From Polyangiales bacterium (GTDB taxonomy: Bacteria; Myxococcota_A; Polyangia; Polyangiales; Polyangiaceae), in the NCBI GenBank assembly GCA_038231275.1, contig JBBRLQ010000001.1:672001-736000 (forward strand): 64,000 nucleotides of DNA, written 5' to 3'. Numbering within the stretch: the first letter of the stretch is position 1; every line of letters starts with the position of its first letter. Shown here in pieces: positions 35,779 through 45,900 of the stretch. The notes beneath the pieces are model-generated. The model searched no databases. It saw nothing but the letters and a program-made list of their open reading frames with translations, and was not told the origin of the DNA. The translations under genes and the position numbers were made by a program.

Positions 35779-37011
35779 ATGAGAAAAGCGCGGGTCCCCA
35801 TGCCGAAGACCCCGCAATCCTCCCCGCCCGAGAAGTCGCTCCGCAAGGACTTCGAGCGCGCGCGCCGTGTCCATCCCATCGGCATCACCGGGCGCGAGAG
35901 CCCGACCGACATCATCGCCAACATGTTCAGCGCGTACGTCGGCCGTCAGGAGCGCACCGCCTTCGAGCTGATGCGCAGGAGCTCGAAGGGCGACACCTGC
36001 ACCTTCTTGACGATGAGCGGCGCGATGACGCCGGCGGGCCTCCACCAGTCGTGCATCATCCCGCTCATCGAGCGCGGCCTCGTCGACTGCCTCACGACGA
36101 CGGGCGCGAACCTCTACCACGACGCGCACCGCATCATCGGCCACCGCATCCGCGAGATCGACCCGAACGCCGGCGACCTCCAGTACCGCCTCGCGCGCAT
36201 CATCCGCATCTACGATCTCGGCTTTTGGGAGGAGACACTCCTCGAGACCGACAAGCTCTTCAGCGCGATCCTCCGCGCGCCCGAGTTTCAGAAACGAATG
36301 ACGACGGTGGAGCTCCACTACCTCCTCGGCAAAGCGGTCGCCGACATCGAAGAGGCGCTCGGCATCGAATCGCCCTCCTTGCTCGCCACCGCGTACCGCT
36401 ACGGCGTGCCGATCTTCGTCGGCGCGGTGCAGGACGGCTCGATCTTTCTCAACATCGTCAAGTTGAAGCGTCTCCTCGGCGACAAGTTCAAGCTCGAGAT
36501 CGACGTGAACGACGACGTCTTCGAGATGGGCGCGATGCAGCACCACTGCTTCGGCACGCTGAAGCAGAAGATGGCGATCTGGATCCTCGGCGGCGGCGTC
36601 CCCAAGAACTACACGCTGCAAGGCGAGCCGCTCCTCGACCAGATCCTCGGCGTGCCGACGCACGGGTTCGACTACGACGTTCAGTTCTGCGTCGATCCGG
36701 TCGACAACGGCGCGCTCTCGTCGTGCCCGGCCGGCGAGGGGCACACATGGGGCAAGGTCAGCGCGGAGAGCGTCCAGTACGGCTCGATGTACGTGCACTG
36801 CGACGTCACCGCCGTCTTCCCGTGGCTGACGTACGCGCTGCTCAGCGATCCCGGCATCCACCGAAAGCCCCGAAGGTTGTATGATGCACGTACCCTCGCG
36901 GTGAAGACCCTGCAGGCCGAGGTCGACAAGCGCCGCAAGAAGCTCGTGCCGACGATCGAGTACGATCTGCCGAAGCCAAAGAAGCAGCCCAAGAAGAAGG
37001 GCAAGCGGTAG
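35779..37011 (+). CDS. Deoxyhypusine synthase-like protein (DHS / homospermidine-synthase-type)
   Basis: FLTMSGAMTPAGL, TTTGANLYHD, RIYD, PIFVGAVQDGSI, ILGGGVPKNY and GALSSCPAGEGHTWGKV (catalytic Lys present), then DVTAVFP. Confidence 0.9.
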   Translation: MRKARVPMPKTPQSSPPEKSLRKDFERARRVHPIGITGRESPTDIIANMFSAYVGRQERTAFELMRRSSKGDTCTFLTMSGAMTPAGLHQSCIIPLIERGLVDCLTTTGANLYHDAHRIIGHRIREIDPNAGDLQYRLARIIRIYDLGFWEETLLETDKLFSAILRAPEFQKRMTTVELHYLLGKAVADIEEALGIESPSLLATAYRYGVPIFVGAVQDGSIFLNIVKLKRLLGDKFKLEIDVNDDVFEMGAMQHHCFGTLKQKMAIWILGGGVPKNYTLQGEPLLDQILGVPTHGFDYDVQFCVDPVDNGALSSCPAGEGHTWGKVSAESVQYGSMYVHCDVTAVFPWLTYALLSDPGIHRKPRRLYDARTLAVKTLQAEVDKRRKKLVPTIEYDLPKPKKQPKKKGKR

Positions 37012-37039
37012 GTGACGGACGGCGACAGGACGTGAGGAC

Positions 37040-38350
37040 GTGAGCCTCTTCGATCTCACCGTCGAGCAGTGCCGGCGCACGATCCGCGAGAAGAACGCGG
37101 AGTATGCGGCGGTGCTCCATGTCGTCGACGCGCCGGCGGTGGACGAGGAAGCTCCGGACGACGCGCCGCTCCGAGGGGTGCCATTCGTCCTCAAGGACAC
37201 GTGGGAGGTGACCGGCCTGCCGACGACCGGCGGCTCGTGGAGACACCGCCGGAGAATCAGCACGCGGTCGTCGCGCGTGTACGTCGCGCTGCGAAAATGC
37301 GGCGCGGTGTTCCTCGGAAAGTCGAGCTGCCCGGACATGGCGTTCTCGGCGGAGTGCGACAACCACTTGATCGGCGCGGCCAAGAACCCGTTCGATCGCA
37401 CGCGCACGTCGGGGGGGAGCACCGGCGGAGGCGCGGTCGCGGTGGCGCTCGGCATGGCGGCGTTCGATTGGGGCGGCGATTTCGGCGGCTCGATCCGGAT
37501 GCCCGCGGGGTTTTGTGGCGTGACCGGCGTGCGCCTCTCGTGCGAGGCGTGGCCGACGACGGGCGAGCACTTCCCGTTCATGCCGCCGTTCTTCACGCAC
37601 CTCCTCGGGTGGGGACCGGTGGCGAAGACGGCCTCGGATTGCCGCGACGTGATCCGCGCGATGAGGCCGCACTTGCGCGCGCACGTGATGGCGCCGCGCG
37701 TCGAGAAGGACGACGTGGTCGTGTACGCGCCCGACGCCGCGTCGGCAGGGGAGTGGCCGACGTTCTACGGCGACGCGGCGCGCGCGCTCATGGCCGCCGG
37801 TGTGCGCTTCGAGCCGGAGCGGCGTTTGCCCTCCGCGACCAAAGCGAACGCGATCTACAACGCGTACGTGTGCGCGAACTTCGATCACTTCGTCGCGGGC
37901 GGCGAGTTGCCCGTCGCGAAGGCGTTGCCCGCGGTGCTCCTCGGCCTCATGACCGGCGGTCGACTCGACAAGCGCGTGCACCCGAACACGGGCATCCTCC
38001 TCGCGGGCACTCATCTCGCGGGTGCGCTTCGTTACGACGATCCTGCCCGTGTCGGGCGCTCGCTCCAGCGACTCGTCGACGCCGCGCGCGCGATCTGGGC
38101 CGAGGGTCGGCTCATCGTCGCGCCGATGGCGACCGTCCCGGCGCCGCGCCACGGACGCGCCGCGTTCGACTACGACCTGCAGGCGTTCTGCAAGCTCGGG
38201 AACCTCATCGACGCCACAGCCGCCGCGATCCCCTTCGGCACGTTCGAAGACGGCTTGCCGCGCTCGCTCCAAATCCTCGGGCCGCCCGGCTCGGAGGAGT
38301 CCGTCCTGGCGCTCGCGGCGCGCCTCGAAGCGGTCGCGGGCGCCGCCTAG
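37040..38350 (+). CDS. Amidase-signature family enzyme
   Basis: PLRGVPFVLKD, RTSGGSTGG and GGDFGGSIRMPA place the Lys-Ser-Ser triad. Confidence 0.88.
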   Translation: MSLFDLTVEQCRRTIREKNAEYAAVLHVVDAPAVDEEAPDDAPLRGVPFVLKDTWEVTGLPTTGGSWRHRRRISTRSSRVYVALRKCGAVFLGKSSCPDMAFSAECDNHLIGAAKNPFDRTRTSGGSTGGGAVAVALGMAAFDWGGDFGGSIRMPAGFCGVTGVRLSCEAWPTTGEHFPFMPPFFTHLLGWGPVAKTASDCRDVIRAMRPHLRAHVMAPRVEKDDVVVYAPDAASAGEWPTFYGDAARALMAAGVRFEPERRLPSATKANAIYNAYVCANFDHFVAGGELPVAKALPAVLLGLMTGGRLDKRVHPNTGILLAGTHLAGALRYDDPARVGRSLQRLVDAARAIWAEGRLIVAPMATVPAPRHGRAAFDYDLQAFCKLGNLIDATAAAIPFGTFEDGLPRSLQILGPPGSEESVLALAARLEAVAGAA

Positions 38351-38366
38351 GGTTCCCCCAGGGTCG

Positions 38367-38734
38367 TCACTCGAAGGCGAGCGTGCCCACGAGCTCGAAG
38401 AGCGCCAAGATCGCCACGTCGCCCACGTGATCGAAGGCCACGCCGGCGCGCGCCTGTTCGAGCCCGCGGCCCGGCTGCAGCCACGCGATCCGCGCGGGGA
38501 TGAGGAGAGGATCCCAGAGGGACGGCGCCACGAACCCGATGCTCACGCGGTCCCCCTCGGCGAGCGGCTCGCTGGCACTTATGCAAGCGCCGCCAAGACC
38601 GATGTCGAAGACGTCGGCGTCGCGCTCCCAGCCCGAGCGTGGATGCGACACCGTGGCCTTGAGACGCACAGGGCGCCGCGCATGGGCTCGAAAATGCGGC
38701 CCGTCAGGGGCCTTCAGGCGCACGGTACCGGGCA
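38367..38734 (-). CDS. Stand-alone PilZ-domain protein
   Basis: FRAHARRPVR (RxxxR), DIGLGGA and ARIAW...AGVAF. Start approximate. Confidence 0.75.
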
Positions 38735-38852
38735 CGGTTCCCTCGAAACCACGAGCGTAGCACCGGGTCGCGCGCCACTCGTTGGCGTTTGTGAGGCGGC
38801 CTTTGGTACCATCAGGCAAGCTAGATGTTGCTTAGGTACGGAGAGCCCTGAG

Positions 38853-40373
38853 ATGAGCCAAGATACGCGCAAGGACAAGCGGGCGAAGATCGTCAGCTTG
38901 AACGTCCGGTACAAGAGCGCGACGGTCGACGAGTTCATCGAGAACCACTCGCACGACGTGAGCAAGGGCGGCATCTTCATCAAGACGCCCACGCCGTTTC
39001 CGCCGGGCACGCTGCTCAAATTCGAGATCCGGATCGCGGGCGACAAGGCCGTCATCGCAGGGGTCGGACGCGTCGTGTGGAAGCGCGAGCCTACGCAGGC
39101 GGCGGGCGAGCGGCCCGCCGGCATGGGCGTCAAGTTCATCAAGATCGACGACAGCTCGCGGGTCGTCATCGACAAGCTGATCGGGACGAAGCCGGCGGAT
39201 GCGGGGAGCATGTACGACGAAGCGGAGCCCACGCTCGTCGGCAACTCGGCGGAGCTGGCGGCATCGATGGTCGATCCGCCGAGGCCCGCCGCTGGCGCAG
39301 GACCCGCCGCTGGCGCGGCACCGGCGGCGAGCGCGGCGCCGCGGCCGGAGCTCAAACAGAAAGCGACGATGATGGGGCTCGCGCCGGCGTCGACGCCGCC
39401 TCCGCCGATGGCGAAGACGGCAGGGATGTTCGGCGCGGCGAGCGCGGCGCGTGGCTACGAGGACCCGGTCCACGAGCCGACCATCATGAAGCAGACGGCG
39501 GAGCTCCTCGAGGAGGCGCTCAAAGAGGCCGGCGGATCGTTCGACGAGATCGGGCAGAACCCGCTCTTCGAGAAGCCGGCCGCCCCGACCTCGAAGAAGG
39601 AGGAGGAGCCCGCGGCCACGGTGCCCGCCGCGCCGACCACGCTCAAGGGGTTGCCGGTCGCCGCGCCGATCGACGATTTCGGGGCCACGCTCCGTCAGGA
39701 AATATCGCCGGCGTCGCACCCCGTGCAGACGTCGCGTGAGTCGCCCGTCGCGAAGGCCACGCCGGTGCCTCCGATGCCTGCGCCGGCAACGCAGGGGCTG
39801 CGTCGCACCGATCCTCCGGCGCGCGCGATGCCGCAGGCTGCTGCGCCCGCGCGCTCGATCACCGACGAGCCGAAGAAGGGGGGCTCGGCCGGGCTCCTCG
39901 TTGGGTTGCTGCTCGCGCTCGTCGTGGCCGGCGGTGTGGTCGTCGCGCTGAAGCCCGAGCTCGTGGGGCTTGGCAACCCAGGGCCGTCGCCCACGAGCAC
40001 CGTGCCGCCGCCGGCGAGCACACCGGTCATGATTACGCCGAGCGCGACGACGTCGGCGAGCGCGATGCCGAGCGCGAGCACGACCGCGGCGGTGGACGCG
40101 GCGGCTCCGACGACGGCGAAGGATGCGGGGACGACCGCGGCGGCGACCACGACGGCGACCGCGACCACACGACCGGTTCCCACGACGCGACCGACGGCGC
40201 GACCGACGGCGACGGCCACGGCCACGACGGAGCCGACGGCGACGGCGACCGCGACGGCGACGGCGACCGCGACGGCGACGGCGACCGCGACGGCGACGGC
40301 GACCGCGACCGCGACCGATACGCCGCCGCCGCCGAAGCCCAAGCCGGCCGATACGAGCGACAATCCCTACTGA
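38853..40373 (+). CDS. TIGR02266-type (myxobacterial PilZ-like) membrane protein with low-complexity linker and Thr/Ala-rich tail
   Basis: TRKDKRAKIVSLNVRYKSATVDEFIENHSHDVSKGGIFIKT...GRVVW...GMGVKF. TM is GLLVGLLLALVVAGGVVVAL, followed by (TA)n. Confidence 0.88.
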   Translation: MSQDTRKDKRAKIVSLNVRYKSATVDEFIENHSHDVSKGGIFIKTPTPFPPGTLLKFEIRIAGDKAVIAGVGRVVWKREPTQAAGERPAGMGVKFIKIDDSSRVVIDKLIGTKPADAGSMYDEAEPTLVGNSAELAASMVDPPRPAAGAGPAAGAAPAASAAPRPELKQKATMMGLAPASTPPPPMAKTAGMFGAASAARGYEDPVHEPTIMKQTAELLEEALKEAGGSFDEIGQNPLFEKPAAPTSKKEEEPAATVPAAPTTLKGLPVAAPIDDFGATLRQEISPASHPVQTSRESPVAKATPVPPMPAPATQGLRRTDPPARAMPQAAAPARSITDEPKKGGSAGLLVGLLLALVVAGGVVVALKPELVGLGNPGPSPTSTVPPPASTPVMITPSATTSASAMPSASTTAAVDAAAPTTAKDAGTTAAATTTATATTRPVPTTRPTARPTATATATTEPTATATATATATATATATATATATATATDTPPPPKPKPADTSDNPY

Positions 40374-40380
40374 GCCGGCG

Positions 40381-41355
40381 GTGAAGGTCACGCTGGACGA
40401 GGTTCGGGACGCGGCGGTGCGCCTTCGGCCGCATCTCTCCGCGACCGCTCTCCGGAGCTACCCGACGCTCGACGCGGCGGTTGGCCACGGGGTTCGCGTC
40501 TTCGTGAAACACGAGAACCACCTGCCCACGGGCGCGTTCAAGGCGCGGAACGCGATGAGCGCGCTGACGCGGCTCGGCGAGGACGCGCGAGGTCGCGGCG
40601 TGATCGCGGCGACGCGTGGAAATCACGGGCAGGGGCTCGCGTGGGCAGGGGCGCGGCTCGGGATTCCGGTGACCATCTGCGTCCCGCTCGGGAACAACCC
40701 CGAGAAGAACGACGCGATCCGCGGCTTCGGTGCGCGCCTCGTCGAAGAGGGGCGTGACTACGACGAGTCGGCGGTCGTCGCGGCGCGCATCGTCGGCGAG
40801 CAGGGGCTCACCCTCGTCCACTCCACGAACAACCACGACGTCATCGCCGGCGCCGGCACGCTGGCCCTCGAGATGCTCGAAGAGCGACCGAGCCTCGACG
40901 CCATCGTCGTCGCGGTCGGCGGTGGCTCGCAGGCCGTCGGCTGCATCACCGTCGCGCGAGAGCTCGCGCCACGCGTGGGCGTCTTCGGCGTGCAGGCGGA
41001 GAAGGCGTCGGCGATCTTCCAATCGTGGACGCGCGGAGAGTCCGTGACGACCGCGAGCGCCGACACGTTCGCCGATGGGCTCGCGACGCGCTCGACCTAC
41101 GAAGCGACGTTCGGCGCGCTGCGTGAGGGGCTGGCGGGATTCGTCACGGCCACCGAGCGCGAGATCGCCTCGGCGATTCGCCTCCTGTTGGGTACGACGC
41201 ACAACCTGGTGGAGGGCGCGGGGGCCGCGGGTCTCGCAGGCCTCGTGAAGCTCGCGCCGTCGCTCGCGGGGAAAGAGGTCGCGATCGTCTTGAGCGGCGG
41301 CAACATCGATCAGGCGACGCTGGTGCGCGTGCTCACCGGCGATCTCTCGACGTAA
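40381..41355 (+). CDS. PLP-dependent threonine/serine dehydratase family protein (no ACT domain)
   Basis: KHENHLPTGAFKARNA, ATRGNHGQG, VAVGGG, TFADGL, EGAGAAGLA and LSGGN. Confidence 0.9.
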   Translation: MKVTLDEVRDAAVRLRPHLSATALRSYPTLDAAVGHGVRVFVKHENHLPTGAFKARNAMSALTRLGEDARGRGVIAATRGNHGQGLAWAGARLGIPVTICVPLGNNPEKNDAIRGFGARLVEEGRDYDESAVVAARIVGEQGLTLVHSTNNHDVIAGAGTLALEMLEERPSLDAIVVAVGGGSQAVGCITVARELAPRVGVFGVQAEKASAIFQSWTRGESVTTASADTFADGLATRSTYEATFGALREGLAGFVTATEREIASAIRLLLGTTHNLVEGAGAAGLAGLVKLAPSLAGKEVAIVLSGGNIDQATLVRVLTGDLST

Positions 41356-41386
41356 CGAGATTCGCGGAGGCGCGTTCGGTTCGCCC

Positions 41387-42022
41387 CTACGGACGGCAGA
41401 CGCCGATCGTCGGGTGACCGACGTTGATGCAGTCGGCGATCGCGCCGCAGTTGTACGTCCCGAGCTGGCAGAAGTTGGTGCAGGTGCCGGCGTAGCATTC
41501 GAAGAGGATGTCGCAGTCTTTGCCCGTCGTGCACGCCGCCTTCAAGTTGCCGCAGCCGCCTTGGTCGCACGACTCGCAGCGACCGCCGGTCGGCGACGCG
41601 AGACGGCACACGCTCAGCTGCGGGCAGCCGATCTCGGAGGCGAGCCCGGGCACGCACGGAACGCCGTTCGGATCCGGGAGGCTGAGGAGCGGGTCCATCC
41701 ACCCGGCGTCGTTCGGGGGAGGCGCGCCGTCGTGCCCGGCGTCGGTGGCGCTGGAGGCATCGCCTCCGCCGTTCCCGCCGTCGCCTCCGCCGTTCCCGCT
41801 GCTACTGCCACCGTTCCCGCTGCTGCTGCCGCCGTTCCCGCTGGTTCCGCCGCTGGTTCCGCCGCTGGTTCCGCCGCTGCTCGTCGCTCCGCCGCCGTCA
41901 CCTTGCGCCGCGGCGCCGACGCCGGGCAATGCGTAGCCGGGCTCGCCGACGTAGTCGCTCTGGCCTCGCGCGCACGCGGCGGCGAAGAGCGTGGCGAGGA
42001 GGACGAAAGAGAGCGGGCGCAT
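41387..42022 (-). CDS. Cys-rich lipoprotein with Gly/Ser linker
   Basis: MRPLSFVLLATLFAAAC lipobox, GGTS/GNGGSS repeats and a Cys-rich C-terminus. Confidence 0.8.
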   Translation of the reverse strand: MRPLSFVLLATLFAAACARGQSDYVGEPGYALPGVGAAAQGDGGGATSSGGTSGGTSGGTSGNGGSSSGNGGSSSGNGGGDGGNGGGDASSATDAGHDGAPPPNDAGWMDPLLSLPDPNGVPCVPGLASEIGCPQLSVCRLASPTGGRCESCDQGGCGNLKAACTTGKDCDILFECYAGTCTNFCQLGTYNCGAIADCINVGHPTIGVCRP

Positions 42023-42081
42023 CGCGACGGAACGTCATACGCATCTGCGCAACGAACCTTCCCCACGCCGCCGCGAACCGC

Positions 42082-42870
42082 TCAGCGCGGCTGGCTCTGG
42101 CTCACGAGCATGGCGGCGAGCAGCCCGCCCACGAGGAGAAGCAGCAGCAACGTCACGAGCCACCCGTTGCGGCGTCGGCGTCGTGCGCCATCGAGCATGC
42201 CGGGCAAATCGGTGTAAAGCCCGACAGTGTCGAAGACGAGCTCCGGCGCCTGCGGCGCGATCGAGACGTGAATTGGCGGCCCGGAGGATGGCATCACGCG
42301 CGGCACGGTCGGCGTCGTCACGAGCTCCGCGACCACGGAGGGGGCAGGGGTCGACGTCACGGCGACCGACGGAGGTGGCGGCGTCGGTGGGAGCGGCGCT
42401 GCGACGAGCGCAGCGGCGGCGGGCGCTTCGGCGACCCCCGGCAGCGTGGTCTTCTTCGCGACCGCCGCGGCCGATTGGATCGCGCGCGCGTCTCCCTCCG
42501 CGCGCTCACGCTTCTCGCGCTCGAGCGCGGAGGTCAGCTCGCGGATCTCTTTCACGAGAGGAGCCAGCGCCTCTTCGACGGCGACGCGCGCGATGGCCCG
42601 CGCCTCGCCGCGCATCTCCTCAGTCAGGCGGTGCGGGCGATGCTCGGCGGTGGTCGCGTCGGTCCAGCCGTCTTCGGGCGGCGGCCGATCGCTCGGGCGG
42701 CGCGGCACGACAGGGGGAAGCGGCGGTGAGGCGCCGCCCGGTCCAGGCGGTGGCGGCCGCGACGCGGGACGCGCGAGAGGGACCGGCGGCGCGGCGCGAA
42801 CCGGGCTCACCGCTTGGGTGGCGGGCGGTCGCGGCTGTTGCGGCCGGGGTCCTCGCGTCGGTTCGCTCAC
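42082..42870 (-). CDS. Pro-rich protein with short coiled coil and C-terminal TM anchor
   Basis: Low-complexity sequence ending RRRRRNGWLVTLLLLLLVGGLLAAML. Confidence 0.65.
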   Translation of the reverse strand: MSEPTRGPRPQQPRPPATQAVSPVRAAPPVPLARPASRPPPPGPGGASPPLPPVVPRRPSDRPPPEDGWTDATTAEHRPHRLTEEMRGEARAIARVAVEEALAPLVKEIRELTSALEREKRERAEGDARAIQSAAAVAKKTTLPGVAEAPAAAALVAAPLPPTPPPPSVAVTSTPAPSVVAELVTTPTVPRVMPSSGPPIHVSIAPQAPELVFDTVGLYTDLPGMLDGARRRRRNGWLVTLLLLLLVGGLLAAMLVSQSQPR

Positions 42871-42963
42871 GAGAACCAGGGTGCACCATTCGGCGCCGTC
42901 GGTCGAGCGGCATGATGCCGAGCCGCGGTGAGGTCAGGCGCGTTACCTGTCGGGTGATCGCGC

Positions 42964-45900
42964 TCAGATTTTCGGGGGCTCTTCCGGCTCGGGTGGGCCC
43001 TGAGGCGGAGCGGCTTGCGGCGGCGCTTGGGGCGGCGCCGGCGGACCATGCGGCGGTCCGTAAGGAGGCGGCCCATACGGCGGCGGCGGCCCGTAGCCCG
43101 CGACCGGCGCCATCGGCGGGCGGGGAGGCGGCTTCGGCAGAGCCTTCCATGCGCCGTCGGTCGTGAACGCGGTCCACCCCCAGCGCAGCCACCGGAGCAC
43201 CGCGAGCGCCACCCACAGCGCCCACAACAGCATCACGCCGCGGTAGACGAGGATCGGCACCGACACGACCCACGCGGCCTGCGGCACGTTCCCCGCGCGA
43301 TCTTGGTACCAGGCGAGGTGGCTGCCCGAGCACCCGTTGCCCTGGATCTGCATCTCCGGCGCGCCCAGCAGTCCCTGGTGCACCGAGATGACGAGCACGA
43401 CCAGCGCGACCGCCGTCCAGAGCACGAGCCCGACCTGGCGGAGATCGAACGTGAGCGCGCCGCCCGGCAGGGTCGTCTTCTTCTCCCGCCATCCGAGCGC
43501 GAGCAGCCACCCCACGACGATCGCGCCGGCCGCCACGTCCACCTGCGACAGACCGATCGCCAAGAGCATCCAGTGCCACGTCTTCAGCGGCGTCCATGTC
43601 ACCCGCCCGAGCGCCGCGGCGACGACGAGCAGCACCAAGAGCAAGCTCCAGAAGAGGACCGCCGGGCCCATGCGCGGCCCCCCGAGGAGCAAGATCCATC
43701 GGCCGCCCTGCGGCGCGATCGTCGTCTCCACGTTGACGCTCGGCGCGCCGAGATCGAGCTCGGGCGCGCGGAACATCGGCGCGATGCCGTCGGGCTGTCG
43801 CCACGCGAGGCGGATCGTCTGCGTGCCGGGCACGATCGGCACGGTCACCTTGCGGCCTTCTTGCCGTATCGGCTGCACCGCGCCGTTGATCGCGAGCGAC
43901 TCGAGCTGCGCGCCGTCCGGCAAGGTGACGGTGTGAGGGAGACCGCGGCTCGCCCGGATCGTCAACGTCGCGCTCGCGTCGGTCGCGCGGAGGCCGGGGC
44001 TGACGTCGTAGGCGACGTGATCGATCGTGAGCGATTGCCCGGCGACGCCTTCGGGGCGCGAGATCTCGACGACCGCCTCCTCGCCGGGCCACGGCCTCCA
44101 CTCCGGCAGCGCCGTCGCCGCCGTGTGCACGAACGGGATCCCCTTCGGGCTCGCGTGCCAGATCGGACCCACGTCGATGCGCCACGACTCGGTTGCCGCG
44201 AGCGACTTGGGGGCGACGAGCTTGATCGGCGATTTTTGCTCGAGGACCGAGCGCCACGACACGTCCGTCGCGCTCGGCGCCATGTTGACGAGCGCCTTGC
44301 CCCCGACGACGCGCACGTCCGCCGTGGTCACCGACTCGCCGGGCAGAAGCGGGACCTCGAGGACGATGGCGGCGCCCAGCGGCGTCGCCCGCACCACGCG
44401 CGTCTCCACCTGCCAGTTGAGCCCCAGGCGCAGGGTCCGCTCGATCCGCACGAACGGCGGGAGCACGCCCGGCTGCAGCGACGCGCCTGCGCCCGCCGCG
44501 CCCGCGCCATGAATGCGTGTAAACTGCAAGTTGTCGTCGGAGAGGCCGTCTTCGTGCAGACCCGCGACGGTCCATCCTTCGGCGATCGCCTCTACGCGAT
44601 GTGGCTTCGTCGTCAGGGCGAGCTGGACGATCTCGCGGTCGGGCATCGGGCCTTCGACGAGGACCTGGTGGCTCCCGGCGTCGACCGCCAGCCACAGCTT
44701 CCCGCCGTCGGTGCGGAGGAGCGCCTTGGCCGGTTGTCCGTCGAGGGTGACGGAGTCCGGCGTCCACTGCTCGGGGCTCCCAGGGAGGACGAACGCGGTG
44801 CGCGCTAGCGCGTCGACGTCCATGCGCGCGCGCAGCGTCTTGCCGCGCACCTCGAGGAGCATGCGGCCGCTCGACACGCACGTCGGCTGGCAGGTCGGCG
44901 GCGCGAGCGTTCGATCGCGCAGATCGTCGAGCAGATCTTTAGGCGGGAAGCCCTGGGCGCCGGCGATGCGCGGCGCGAGCAACACCACGAGCGCGACGGC
45001 GACGGTCGCGCCGATCGCGACGCCCCTGCGGCGAAGCGCCGGCGGCAAGAAGCGATCGACGAACGGGAACATCCGCAGCACGAGCAGAACGACGAGCGCC
45101 GCGCGCAGGAAGGCGAGCGCGAGGTTCACGGCAGGCGAGAGGAGCATGAGCTTGATGCGCTGCGTGCTCTCGACCGGTCCGCTCCACTTCAGCGACACGG
45201 TCGTCCAGTTCCACTTCGGCAGGCCAGGCCCCGTCTGGACGATCGCGTTCGGATCGTAGGTCTCGGCGTTCAGCTGGAGGTAGCCGTAGGACGATCCGCG
45301 GCCGCCCTTCGACTTCTGCGCGTCAGAGCCCTGCCCTTGCGCCCACGCCTGGCGGGTCGGCGCGAGCTGCGCGGCCTGCGCGGGGACATCGCCAGCTTTC
45401 GCGGCCGGCGGCGCCGCGGGCTCGTCGTTCGCTTCGGCCTCGGCGGCCTTTGCACCGAGGTCCGCCTTCTTCGCGAGCTCGATGGGCGCCGGCTCGTTCT
45501 TGCCGTCCTGGTCGATGCTGCTTCGCGTCGCGGACACGTCGCCCACGGCGAGCGCGTCCACGGTCGTCATCATCGCGCCGGGGTTGGCGAGGGCGGGGTA
45601 CATCCCCTCACGCACGTGGTGGACGAGGAAGGGGAGGCTCACGATCACGAGCACGGCCAACGCGCCGATGCGCCCGACGCGCAGCAGCTTCGACACGGCG
45701 CCGTTTGGGAGCACACGCACCAGCGCCTCGAACGCGAGCACGGCGACCCACGCCCACTTCGGCGCGTTCGCCTCGGGGAAGGTGAGCCCGAGCATCACGA
45801 GCGCGAGGCCGCCCCACGCGACGCCGTACAGACGCCCGATCGCGAGCGCGAGGACCAGCGCGAGGAACAGCTCGAACAGCGACCAGTGGCGCACCCACGT

